A DNA stretch of 61,286 nt from a virus (IMGVR_UViG_3300038551_000086:1-61286); one strand, 5' to 3'. Positions 9,449-18,425 are shown, counted from the stretch's first letter. A program made the numbers and translations. The notes: a model not told the origin generated them from the letters alone.

Positions 9449-10044
9449 ATAAGCACTTGCTTATTCTCGGTATTATGCACAGCGGGACGACGCTGTTAGC
9501 TGCCATGATCGGCAGACACCCGGAAGTAAGCATGATTAACGAATCATTTTCGGGTGAGCACTTCCAGCAACTCGGCAAGACTTACTCCGGGAACAAGCTG
9601 TTACTCCGGCAGATCGGCTTGAAATACCGGGGCTGTAAATTCGGGCACTTGATTAACCGGATTGTGAGCCAGAATAACCGCTTTACCTTTCGGGTATATC
9701 CGCAGTCGCTTTATTCACTCCGGGATTACCCGCAGGGCACAAAGATTATTCTGATTACCCGGAACAGCGACGATGTTATTAACAGCCTGATTCTCCGTGA
9801 TAAATACCCTCGCTGGCTGGCGGAATGGCATGTAAGAAATCAACAGAAGAAAGAAATAGATATTGTCAATATACATGGTGCATTTATTATCGGGTTTAAT
9901 ACACTTGTCAACTACCCGGAACATACCATGAGAAGAATTTGCGCTTACTTAGGTTTGCCCTATTCCCCGGCAATGCTGGAAGGGGCAAAGTTTAACCATA
10001 CTTATCCGCATGATGGAATTTTGAAAGAGAAGGCAAATGTTTGA
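9412..10044 (+). CDS. Sulfotransferase family protein
   Basis: PAPS-binding GIMHSGTTLL..MIGRHP, ILITRN..DVINS, LVNYPE.TMRRIC.YLGLPY. Confidence 0.85.
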   Translation: MGKKKFPNLWDINKHLLILGIMHSGTTLLAAMIGRHPEVSMINESFSGEHFQQLGKTYSGNKLLLRQIGLKYRGCKFGHLINRIVSQNNRFTFRVYPQSLYSLRDYPQGTKIILITRNSDDVINSLILRDKYPRWLAEWHVRNQQKKEIDIVNIHGAFIIGFNTLVNYPEHTMRRICAYLGLPYSPAMLEGAKFNHTYPHDGILKEKANV

Positions 10045-10219
10045 CTACCTTTGTCAAGACTACAATTGTCACTTTGAAGAATTAAGATCACTCCCCTACC
10101 CTGCCTGTCCCCGGTGCAAGTCGAAGAAGGTTAAGAAACTTATCGGCGCACCCGGTATTGTCCTCAAGGGCAAAGGCTTTTACTCCACAGATTATAAAAA
10201 TTCCCAAAATAATTCTTGA
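10037..10219 (+). CDS. FmdB-family zinc-ribbon protein
   Basis: FDYLC..Y.C.FE...CPRC...KKLIGAPGIVLKGKGFYSTDY. Confidence 0.8.
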   Translation: MFDYLCQDYNCHFEELRSLPYPACPRCKSKKVKKLIGAPGIVLKGKGFYSTDYKNSQNNS

Positions 10220-10273
10220 CATTTTCGCTTTGCATACATACATTACCTTTGCACATAACAAGGGAATGTAACA

Positions 10274-10477
10274 ATGAGAAAAAGAGACTATTGTCTGACA
10301 ATAATGGTTGAAAAGGAGCTATTTAATTCTTTCCGGGAGCATTTCGGGGATGCATCCCACTCGTTGGGCTTTGATGATAACACGGTCACATCGTTCGTCG
10401 AAACGATGTTCCGTGCTTACTTAAACGACCCGGAGAGATTCAGGAAAAGATTCGTGGCGGAGGTGGAAGATGAATAG
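10274..10477 (+). CDS. Small putative DNA-binding protein (RHH-like)
   Basis: beta-alpha-alpha pattern; TTGACA at 10216 upstream; overlaps the recombinase start. Confidence 0.45.
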   Translation: MRKRDYCLTIMVEKELFNSFREHFGDASHSLGFDDNTVTSFVETMFRAYLNDPERFRKRFVAEVEDE

Positions 10478-11381
10478 CCTCTCCCCTATCAAGATAACCA
10501 AAGACCAAATCCGAGCAGTATTTGAGTCCCGCGATTTAGCAGAATCGACAATCAAAGAGTATTCCCGGAAAGTCATACCGTTTATTGTTTATTCCGAGAA
10601 CAACGGGCTGAATTTAATGAACTACAAGCGAGAGTTGGCAAAGCGCACCGATATTGCAGACTCGACAAAACAAGGCTATCTTGCATCCGCGAAAGTGTTC
10701 CTGACGCAACTAAACAAAAAGGGGAAAATCCCCGACATTGCAAGTGACGTTAAACTGTTTAAGGAATCAAAAGGGCACAAGCGCGACGGGCTATCCGCCG
10801 ATGATGTAAAGAAGATTGTGGCCTACATGGCACAATTAGAACCATCCCCGGAGACGGCGAGGTTTAAAGCCTTGTTTTGCCTTGAGTATTATCAAGGGTT
10901 GCGTAATGTGGAAATTTACCGTCTGAAAATCTCTGATTTGAACTTGAACGAGGGCACAGCACTTGTCGAGCGCAAAGGGCAACAAAACAAGGAATTGATT
11001 TTTTTGCATCCCAATACGGTTAAATCCCTGAAACTCTATCTTGGTTACGTCGGTGTAAAATCCGGCGCAGTGTTTGTGTCATTTTCAACTAACGATAGCA
11101 AGGGTAAGTCCCTGTCGCAGAAGTCGTTATACAACATCATTGCCGACGTTTTAAAAGAGCTTGGCATTGCGCGGAAAGATATACCGGGTAAGCGTTACAA
11201 CAAATCACCGCATGGATTCCGGCACAGGTACACTACCAAGCTGTTAGACATTCTCAATGACCCGTTAAAGGTGATGCAATTCACCGGGCACAGGTCAGTT
11301 GAAACAATCCGCAAATACGATGATAGAAGGATACATAAACAAGACTTGAAAGTTGTCTTTGAGGAATTTAACAAGATATGA
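10470..11381 (+). CDS. Tyrosine recombinase (integrase or XerC/D-like resolvase)
   Basis: Catalytic R (GLRNVEI), K (RKG), HGFRH, FTGH, Y (RKYD). Confidence 0.92.
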   Translation: MNSLSPIKITKDQIRAVFESRDLAESTIKEYSRKVIPFIVYSENNGLNLMNYKRELAKRTDIADSTKQGYLASAKVFLTQLNKKGKIPDIASDVKLFKESKGHKRDGLSADDVKKIVAYMAQLEPSPETARFKALFCLEYYQGLRNVEIYRLKISDLNLNEGTALVERKGQQNKELIFLHPNTVKSLKLYLGYVGVKSGAVFVSFSTNDSKGKSLSQKSLYNIIADVLKELGIARKDIPGKRYNKSPHGFRHRYTTKLLDILNDPLKVMQFTGHRSVETIRKYDDRRIHKQDLKVVFEEFNKI

Positions 11382-11608
11382 AAAGAATTGAAGAAATCCG
11401 GCTGGAATTGCTAAGACAGGAAGAAGATATTAAGAAATTTCTGGAATGGATGAATACCGCTATTTCGGAAATAAGCCTATTCTCGACGCTGGACTATGTT
11501 CACGAAAATTTACCGGAAGATATAAAGAGCAAATTTTCTAACTTCGCGCTTGAAATACTTTATAATAAATTCTTTGTTACATATTATACGCGAAGAATGA
11601 GGTCTTGA
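11378..11608 (+). CDS. Hypothetical protein
   Basis: ATGA overlap. Confidence 0.5.
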   Translation: MKRIEEIRLELLRQEEDIKKFLEWMNTAISEISLFSTLDYVHENLPEDIKSKFSNFALEILYNKFFVTYYTRRMRS

Positions 11609-11685
11609 TGGAATTAAAATACACCTTCGATGAAGCATTAAAAAAACTCAATGAAGATAAATTCAATAAGATTTGAGAGGTTGAA

Positions 11686-12492
11686 ATGATTTGCATTTAC
11701 CACAAGAATTGCCAGGATGGTTTTGTAGCGGCGCTTGCTGTTTGGATGAAATACGGTGATAGTTGTGAATATATAGAGGCTCAATATGGCGATTCACCGC
11801 CTGATATTCTTTATGGGCAGGATGTGATTATCGTGGATTTCAGCTATCCCCGCGAAACCTTGCTAAAGATGAAAGAACAGGCAAAATCGCTCATAGTTAT
11901 CGACCACCACAAAACCGCACAAAAAGATTGCGAAGGTTTGGACTTCTGCATTTTCGACATGGAAAAATCCGGGGCGGTGTTGACATGGGAATATCTCTTT
12001 CCCGATCAACTTGTCCCCCTCTTGTCACGGTATGCCCAAGACCGTGATCTCTGGAAATGGGAAATGGACGGAAGCAAGGCGGTGTCTGCGGGGTTGAGAT
12101 TGCAAAAGAAGGATTTCCGGGAATGGATAAAATTTTTATTAGACGAAAATGAATTATTCAACTTGCTCAAGCAGGGCGATACCGTGTTGCAATATCAGGA
12201 TGGTTGTGTCAAAGCAGCGATTGGCGGCGAATACGACACAATTACCCTTGACGGTTATATAGTCCCAATAACTAACTGTACCCATTTGATTTCTGAGACC
12301 ATTGGCGCACTTGCAGGAGATCAACCGTTTGCCGTCGGCTATTTTGATACAAAAGATAGGCGAGTGTTTAATTTGCGGTCTAAAGAGCCGGATGGTGTAG
12401 ATGTGGCTGAAATTGCTAAGAAATACGGTGGTGGTGGTCATAAACACGCTGCCGGATTCTGGATAAAAAAACCAAAAATTTTCCCCGAATAA
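11686..12492 (+). CDS. DHH/DHHA1 phosphoesterase (NrnB-like)
   Basis: YH..C.DG, VDFS, IDHHKT, SGA.LTW, D.DLW, GGGGHKHAAGF. Confidence 0.9.
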   Translation: MICIYHKNCQDGFVAALAVWMKYGDSCEYIEAQYGDSPPDILYGQDVIIVDFSYPRETLLKMKEQAKSLIVIDHHKTAQKDCEGLDFCIFDMEKSGAVLTWEYLFPDQLVPLLSRYAQDRDLWKWEMDGSKAVSAGLRLQKKDFREWIKFLLDENELFNLLKQGDTVLQYQDGCVKAAIGGEYDTITLDGYIVPITNCTHLISETIGALAGDQPFAVGYFDTKDRRVFNLRSKEPDGVDVAEIAKKYGGGGHKHAAGFWIKKPKIFPE

Positions 12493-12517
12493 CTACCTCC
12501 TCCCTACCAGAAGCGAC

Positions 12518-12552
12518 GCACCCCCGGTTTGACAGCTACCGGGGGTGTTTTT
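12518..12552 (+). terminator. Intrinsic terminator
   Basis: CACCCCCGGT-loop-ACCGGGGGTG followed by T tract. Confidence 0.8.
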
Positions 12553-12681
12553 ACTTGACTCCCATCACATTTTACCCCGTTTTTTATGATATTTCATAAA
12601 TTTTTTGTCATATCACAAAAAAAGCCTTGACAAACTCAACTAAAATCAACTAACTTCCCGGCGAGTTGAGAGGGATGCGTT

Positions 12682-12924
12682 ATGATCGACACGGATGGTC
12701 AGGATATTTATCATACTACCTCCAAGGGGTTTGTTACGGGATCATTGCCAGATTTTCGTGAGAAGATTAGTGATGATCCCGTTATTTTTTCTGAAAAGCG
12801 GTTATCCGACAATCCGGCACAAGGAGAGGCTGGATTAGACGATAATCGCTTTTTTATTGGATTTTGGCTATCCGTGATGCTTTCCCTTGAACTATTGGGC
12901 TTTGTGGCGTGGTGGATTGCATGA
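12682..12924 (+). CDS. Small membrane protein
   Basis: C-terminal hydrophobic helix; TTGACA at 12627 upstream. Confidence 0.5.
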   Translation: MIDTDGQDIYHTTSKGFVTGSLPDFREKISDDPVIFSEKRLSDNPAQGEAGLDDNRFFIGFWLSVMLSLELLGFVAWWIA

Positions 12925-13154
12925 AGCTATTCCGCCTGAATAAAATGACAAGCGAAATGCAAAAGGAAATAGATTTTTTAAAGAACGAAGTTGAAATAAG
13001 ACAGGAAATGATAAAGCACCAAAACGAAGAAATAATAAGATTGCAACAGAAAATATTAGAACTCGAGGATGATAAAAAGGCATTAATCGACGTGGTAAAA
13101 TCCGAGATTCAACCTTTAATCCATGAAGGAAAATCAAAACGAAAGGAATCGTAA
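12921..13154 (+). CDS. Coiled-coil protein
   Basis: Heptad-rich; ATGA overlap. Confidence 0.55.
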   Translation: MKLFRLNKMTSEMQKEIDFLKNEVEIRQEMIKHQNEEIIRLQQKILELEDDKKALIDVVKSEIQPLIHEGKSKRKES

Positions 13155-13155
13155 A

Positions 13156-13410
13156 ATGAGTTTAGCAAGCAAAATAATCAATACCCTGTTGGTATTAGTC
13201 GGTCCCATTATATCCGTCCTGTCAACCTATTGGGGCATTATTCTCCCCGCCGGGTTAGAAGGGCTAATCGGGACTTTCCTGCAACTGCTATTAGTGCTCT
13301 TTGGCGGTGCGGCAGGTGGAGCAATAACAATCTTCGTCGGTGTTCCGGCTGCTTTTAGATTGTCCCCCCGGCGTTTCGCTGCGGCGATTGACAGAGCGTT
13401 AGGGCGGTGA
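13156..13410 (+). CDS. Two-TM membrane protein (holin-like)
   Basis: Two hydrophobic helices, basic C-terminus, AAGGA RBS. Confidence 0.55.
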   Translation: MSLASKIINTLLVLVGPIISVLSTYWGIILPAGLEGLIGTFLQLLLVLFGGAAGGAITIFVGVPAAFRLSPRRFAAAIDRALGR

Positions 13411-13413
13411 CGC

Positions 13414-13686
13414 ATGACGGAGATATTGAATTACGTTGCATTGGTAGCCCTGGCGTTTGCCGGGATGTTTGCTCACTTCTTGAAAAAGAATATCAAGGGC
13501 GAGACTCTGACGGAAGTCAAGAGCTATTTTAAAGATAACTTCCGCTCAACCACTTTGGCGGTTTTTGGGACTATTATCGGGTTGCTTATCGCAATCTCTA
13601 CCGATAGCCTGAATTATGTATCAGCGCCGTTAATAGGCTATACTTTTGATTCCATTTTCAACAAATGGGAAAACGGTGTCAAATGA
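13414..13686 (+). CDS. Putative holin or small multi-TM protein
   Basis: Three hydrophobic segments, GMFAHFLKK, GYTFDS..NK. Confidence 0.55.
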   Translation: MTEILNYVALVALAFAGMFAHFLKKNIKGETLTEVKSYFKDNFRSTTLAVFGTIIGLLIAISTDSLNYVSAPLIGYTFDSIFNKWENGVK

Positions 13687-14206
13687 TAATAAAACGGAGC
13701 AGAAAAGGTGTATAATGCCACAGTTGACACCCGAACAAATGAACACCAAAATCCGGGAGATCGAGGAAAACTGCCGGAAGTTGTCGCATATCGAAAAGTT
13801 GGGAGTAGAGAACCGGGCGGATATTGCCAAGATACTCCGTATCCTGATCGGCGGAATAGATAACGGTGACAAAATAGGATTAGTGGAAAGAGTGAGACAC
13901 TTGGAAGAATATCAGAAACATCAGGAAGAAAAACAGAAGGTGCACGAAAAATCGTTCCGCAATCTTAAAAATACCATTATCGGCGGTATAATTGTTGGAG
14001 TATTCTTAACAATCTTAAATTTTGCTTCTCCCGTGTTGCAGGAATACCAGACCCATGCTTTGATTGAACAACTGCAAAAGCAGGGCAGGTTACAGACACC
14101 CGAAGAAAAAAGAGAACAGGCGCGGGAAGTGGCAAAAGAAGTAATCGAAGAGTACATAAAACAAAAAGAAGATCAGCACGAAGCTGAAACTAAAAATAAA
14201 AATTAA
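13646..14206 (+). CDS. Coiled-coil plus single-TM protein (start uncertain)
   Basis: GIDNGDKIGLVERVRHLE coiled-coil then IIGGIIVGVFLTILNF. Confidence 0.6.
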   Translation: MIPFSTNGKTVSNDNKTEQKRCIMPQLTPEQMNTKIREIEENCRKLSHIEKLGVENRADIAKILRILIGGIDNGDKIGLVERVRHLEEYQKHQEEKQKVHEKSFRNLKNTIIGGIIVGVFLTILNFASPVLQEYQTHALIEQLQKQGRLQTPEEKREQAREVAKEVIEEYIKQKEDQHEAETKNKN

Positions 14207-14224
14207 ATGGAAAGGAGTAATTAA

Positions 14225-14392
14225 ATGCCCGCGATCTCTGAAAGACAACAAAGACTTATGGGCATGGCACTTTCCTACAAGCGCGGCGAAGGGAAGAAAA
14301 AGCCGAGTGGTAAAGTCAAACAAATTATGCGTTCGATGACTCTGAAAGAATTAGAGGAATATGCTAAAAAACCCAAGAAAGGTTACAAATAA
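14225..14392 (+). CDS. DUF3008-like small basic protein (55 aa, not in ORF track)
   Basis: MPAISERQQRLMGMALSYKRGE...MRSMTLKELEEYA; AAGGAG RBS. Confidence 0.75.
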   Translation: MPAISERQQRLMGMALSYKRGEGKKKPSGKVKQIMRSMTLKELEEYAKKPKKGYK

Positions 14393-14410
14393 CACAAGGA
14401 GAGTGTTGAA

Positions 14411-15505
14411 ATGAGAAACAAAACTAAATGGTATCTGTTAGGCGCGGCAATCGCTATCGTCCTGTTTGTCGGTTACAACGTGGCATTGTCGGAAAACCCC
14501 TACAAGTGGGCGATTTATATCCGCAATACCTTTGTGACGCAAAGTGACGCGACCGCCACGTTCAACGGCACGACCGTTCTTGCCGGAACGAATACGATCA
14601 GCGGGGCTACTACTCTTAGCGGCGCGACAACACTAAGCGGGACAACTACCCTTAGCGGCGCGACAACGGTTAGCGGGGCGACCACTTTTAGCAACACCGT
14701 CGATTTTAACGGATCAATTACAACCGGATCGTCTGGATTCTGGTCAAGTGTGCCGTTGTATTACTACTTCGACCCGTCTGAAGCGGCAGTGTATACAGAG
14801 GAATTTATCGGTGTCGTGCTGGATAGTGCCGGGGGCTTGTTACCCGCAGGTGTAGCTCATACTGCTCAGGTTTCAACAAATGCTACCCTGGCTGGCTGGA
14901 AAACCGCCGGAGATGCCGGATGGACACTTACGCAAGCGGCAACGGTGACAGATGGGTTACTAACGATTACGCATGTAACCGGGAGCAATAACGAGGTTTA
15001 CATGCAGTTGGGCGAACTTGGGACAGAAAACTTGCTTGAATATGTGAAATCAAGTGGTTTAAGTTCATGGATTGCTTTTCGTTTTGAGGATACGGACGTA
15101 ACTTCAAGCGCCGGTAACTTTTTCGTTGGTTTAGCGGAAGAAGGTTCTGCTGCCGGGGATTTCATAAATGATAGCGGCGCTGATATTGCCGATAAAGATG
15201 TGGTTGGCTTTGTGCAATGGGAAGCCAACGACGACACGCTGCAAGTCCTGTATCAGACTGCCGGTGGCACTTTCTGCGATACGTTCCAAACGGTTATTAC
15301 AACCGCCGCTATGGAGTTAGGCATTAAGTTTGACGGTGACAGCACCGTTACTTTTTATAAGAATGGGACTGCTCTTGGCAGTATTTATACAACTCAAGCC
15401 TTATTCCCGGATGGCGAAGAATTGTCACCCATTATCGCCACTAAAGGCGGGGCGCAGGATAGAGTATTAAACTTTGATTATATTAAATCAATAGTCGAGC
15501 GTTAA
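14411..15505 (+). CDS. Putative head-fibre/decoration protein with N-terminal signal peptide or anchor
   Basis: Basic-hydrophobic N-terminus, ATTLSG hexapeptide repeats, beta-rich domain ending DYIKSIVER. Confidence 0.6.
   Translation: MRNKTKWYLLGAAIAIVLFVGYNVALSENPYKWAIYIRNTFVTQSDATATFNGTTVLAGTNTISGATTLSGATTLSGTTTLSGATTVSGATTFSNTVDFNGSITTGSSGFWSSVPLYYYFDPSEAAVYTEEFIGVVLDSAGGLLPAGVAHTAQVSTNATLAGWKTAGDAGWTLTQAATVTDGLLTITHVTGSNNEVYMQLGELGTENLLEYVKSSGLSSWIAFRFEDTDVTSSAGNFFVGLAEEGSAAGDFINDSGADIADKDVVGFVQWEANDDTLQVLYQTAGGTFCDTFQTVITTAAMELGIKFDGDSTVTFYKNGTALGSIYTTQALFPDGEELSPIIATKGGAQDRVLNFDYIKSIVER
14591..14695 (+). repeat. 18-bp-period coding repeat (ATTLSG x5-6)
   Basis: NTISG ATTLSG ATTLSG TTTLSG ATTVSG ATTFS. 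Confidence 0.85.
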
Positions 15506-15729
15506 TGGATAATAATAAACCCTTGCCGGTACAGTTTACTTGTAGGTACCTGCCGGAAAGAAAAACAGTGTTGATATGGGTATCTTCTGCGGCGACGTTT
15601 GAGATACCCTTTGACATTCTCAAACAATTCTACTATGAGATGGACAAGGCGCAGAAAGCGGCGCAGTCTAACCTCGTTGTGCCCGACAACCGGATTATTG
15701 CGCCGGAAATGACGCTCAAGAAAGGATAA
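15505..15729 (+). CDS. Hypothetical protein
   Basis: TAATG coupling. Confidence 0.6.
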   Translation: MDNNKPLPVQFTCRYLPERKTVLIWVSSAATFEIPFDILKQFYYEMDKAQKAAQSNLVVPDNRIIAPEMTLKKG

Positions 15730-15733
15730 GCCC

Positions 15734-17449
15734 TTGTATTGGTATTTGCCCGAACATAAGCAAGTTTATTACAGCCTGAAGGAGATGAACCGTCAGGTTG
15801 TCGAGGGCGTTCTTGTGCCGGGCAGATCAAAAGAGGACGACGACAAGCTAACAGAATACGCCACCCACGTTATGACGCTGGATTTAGAAAAAGGGAAGTA
15901 TTTCTATTTTCCGAACTTGAAAGAGCAGGAGTTTCATTTACAGCCGCATACCGTAAAAATAATTTCTGGCGGAAACAGAAGCGGTAAGAGCACAACCTGT
16001 ATTATTGACATAGTATCGCAATGCGAGGGCTGGCATCCCCTGCAAAGAGAGAACTTGATTAAGCTGCAAAAAGAAGCAGAGGAAAAGTGGGTAAGAGAGC
16101 AATGCGAATACATCTTAGACAATAAATTGTGGATTTCATCGCCGCCGATCAAGGCGCGGTGTGTCGGCATCGACTTCCCGAATTTTGTTGACAAGGTTTT
16201 AGGTCCCGAATATGTAAAGTGGGCTTCTGCGGCAGAAGTGAAAGACATAGCCTATGACAACGAAAAACGCCGCAAGATCACCTGGAAGAACAAAAGTCAC
16301 GTTGAGTTTATGACTTACGCGCAGGAAGTTATCGCTCATGGAGGCGCGGCGATTGACGTTTATCACCTTGACGAAGAACCGACCGAGGGGCATTATCAAC
16401 AAGCCCTGATGCGTATCATCTCAACAAAAGGGCGGATACTGTGCGGCATGACCGCAGAGAAAGGGGTATCTTGGACAGAGCACAAGATATTTGAACCCGC
16501 AGAAAAAGGCGATCCGAATATTTACGCTATGGAAATGAGCACCTATGATAACCCGATAGCTACCCCGCAGATGATCGACACGATTAAAAGCCTTTGCTTA
16601 AATCAGGCGGAAATTGACATAAGGATACACGGCAAGCGGGTTGCTAAGGGCGGAAACATCTTTGAGAGTTGGAAAGACGACCATCCTTTTATCATCCCCC
16701 GCTTTGACATACCGCAGGAGGGCGGGATATTGGTTATGGGAATCGACCCGCACCCGCAGTTACCTCACGCGGTTAGCTGGATTTGGGTTGACCTTGAACG
16801 GCAGACCGCCGAAAAATACCCGGTGTTCCGGGATTTGCCGAATATGTTCATTGTCGGTGAGTTGTTTGAGAAGGGCGGGGGGTACAAGTTAGCTTCTTAC
16901 ATCGAGATTGCCGAGCACAAGTTAGGGCGCAAGCATGACATTGCGATTTGCGACCCGCGAGGCTGGCAGAAGTCACAAGAAGATAAGAACGCTAAATCAG
17001 TTGTCGAGCAGTTGAACGAAGCCGGGATATTCCCGATACAAGGGAGCAAGAACCTTATGGGCGGGCTTGTCAAGATGAAAGAGTGTCTTGACTTAGAATT
17101 TCAAGTTACGCTTACAATGGCTGGCGACGTTGAGAAAATTACCCGGCAATATCCGCAACTGATGATGTTTGACAACCTTGAGCACCATCGCTTTGAGTAT
17201 AAGAATTATCGCTGGCAGCCTCCGCCGATGACACGCGCCGGAGAATCGAAAGAAGTGGCTCAGAAGCCGATTGACAAAGACGACCACTTTATCGAGAATG
17301 ACCGGCGTATTATCGAGTGGGTGCGGGATCAGAACTTTGAGGTATTTGATACCCCGGATTATGAAGTTGAGAAACTGCGGTTTGTGGCAGCCGGGAGCAA
17401 GGCGGATATTAATTTTGAAGAAGAAGAATCAATGTTGATTGGGGCATGA
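15734..17449 (+). CDS. terL: Terminase large subunit
   Basis: Walker A GGNRSGKS, Walker B YHLDEE, nuclease GIDPHP, C-terminal KDDH. Confidence 0.92.
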   Translation: MYWYLPEHKQVYYSLKEMNRQVVEGVLVPGRSKEDDDKLTEYATHVMTLDLEKGKYFYFPNLKEQEFHLQPHTVKIISGGNRSGKSTTCIIDIVSQCEGWHPLQRENLIKLQKEAEEKWVREQCEYILDNKLWISSPPIKARCVGIDFPNFVDKVLGPEYVKWASAAEVKDIAYDNEKRRKITWKNKSHVEFMTYAQEVIAHGGAAIDVYHLDEEPTEGHYQQALMRIISTKGRILCGMTAEKGVSWTEHKIFEPAEKGDPNIYAMEMSTYDNPIATPQMIDTIKSLCLNQAEIDIRIHGKRVAKGGNIFESWKDDHPFIIPRFDIPQEGGILVMGIDPHPQLPHAVSWIWVDLERQTAEKYPVFRDLPNMFIVGELFEKGGGYKLASYIEIAEHKLGRKHDIAICDPRGWQKSQEDKNAKSVVEQLNEAGIFPIQGSKNLMGGLVKMKECLDLEFQVTLTMAGDVEKITRQYPQLMMFDNLEHHRFEYKNYRWQPPPMTRAGESKEVAQKPIDKDDHFIENDRRIIEWVRDQNFEVFDTPDYEVEKLRFVAAGSKADINFEEEESMLIGA

Positions 17450-17689
17450 ATGAGACAGCGTAAAAAACGAATTGGATTAAAGAAGCATTTCTTTGAAAAC
17501 AAGGGCGAGAAGCTGGAATTTAAAAACCCCAAGAAATCGCTTTTGATTGTCCACTTCCCGCGTGGGCGGGTAACACAAGACGGTGCGGCGCAGTTTGTCG
17601 AAACATTGATGAAGTTGTTGGGGATTAAAGTCAAGGGCACTTTTCAGGATGGTGAAACTATTCGATATACAGGGATTGAGGTAGGGTAA
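17450..17689 (+). CDS. Hypothetical protein
   Basis: Abuts terL. Confidence 0.55.
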   Translation: MRQRKKRIGLKKHFFENKGEKLEFKNPKKSLLIVHFPRGRVTQDGAAQFVETLMKLLGIKVKGTFQDGETIRYTGIEVG

Positions 17690-17913
17690 TGGGAAAAGGT
17701 TTGTGGCAATATAAATTACATATTTCAACTGAAGGATATGAAGGAGAAACTATCATAAATCTATCTAATCTTTCAGACATTGATTATAGTCAATATCCCT
17801 GGTTAAAGTTGGTGTTGAGGGATGTAAAGTGTTCTCTTGATAACGAAATTAGACGGTTGGAATCGTTGGCGCAAGATAAAGAACTTAAAATCGAACAAAC
17901 GGGATTGAGGTAG
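17689..17913 (+). CDS. Hypothetical protein
   Basis: GAGGT RBS, TAATG coupling. Confidence 0.6.
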   Translation: MGKGLWQYKLHISTEGYEGETIINLSNLSDIDYSQYPWLKLVLRDVKCSLDNEIRRLESLAQDKELKIEQTGLR

Positions 17914-17914
17914 G

Positions 17915-18121
17915 ATGAGCGAAGATAAGCCAAAATACGGCGTTGAACGAAAGCCGCGTTTTTCCGTTGAAAATGCGGAAAGTTTTTCCGATATTTGCAA
18001 TGAGTATATAAGACAGTTTATACTCAATAATCCGATTGGCGCGGTAAGCGGCACAATCGAGATACATTTCAAAGGGACAAGGTTTGAATTTAAGTATCAA
18101 AATTTGAGGGTAACGGATTAA
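17915..18121 (+). CDS. Small protein, YezD/DUF2292-like C-terminus
   Basis: helix then GTIEIHFKG beta-hairpin; directly upstream of a structured terminator. Confidence 0.45.
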   Translation: MSEDKPKYGVERKPRFSVENAESFSDICNEYIRQFILNNPIGAVSGTIEIHFKGTRFEFKYQNLRVTD

Positions 18122-18140
18122 CTAATTAAAACATAGAGTT

Positions 18141-18216
18141 TCGGCCAATACCAACAGTAAGCCGATTTGCTGCGTGTCTCTCACCCCTGGGAACATGCGG
18201 CGAATCGGCTTTTTTA
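18141..18216 (+). terminator. Long intrinsic terminator with overlapping alternative hairpin (attenuator-like)
   Basis: 19-bp stem 18159-18177/18193-18211 plus U tract; TCGGC 18141-45 can pair with GCCGA 18161-65. Confidence 0.7.
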
Positions 18217-18227
18217 TTTGAGGAAAT

Positions 18228-18425
18228 ATGAGATTTGAAAGAGTTTATCCGGTAAATCTTTGGATCAGAGGCAAGAGCAAGAGTAAAGGGAAACTCGAAG
18301 AAGATTTAAAACAGAGCAGACCGGATATTTTTGTCACAGAAATAGAAGAAGTCGAGGGATTCTCACAAGAAGGAATCTCATTTTACAAGATAACAGGTTA
18401 TTCAACCAATCCGGGAGTGAAGTGA
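18228..18425 (+). CDS. Hypothetical protein
   Basis: GAGGA RBS. Confidence 0.6.
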   Translation: MRFERVYPVNLWIRGKSKSKGKLEEDLKQSRPDIFVTEIEEVEGFSQEGISFYKITGYSTNPGVK

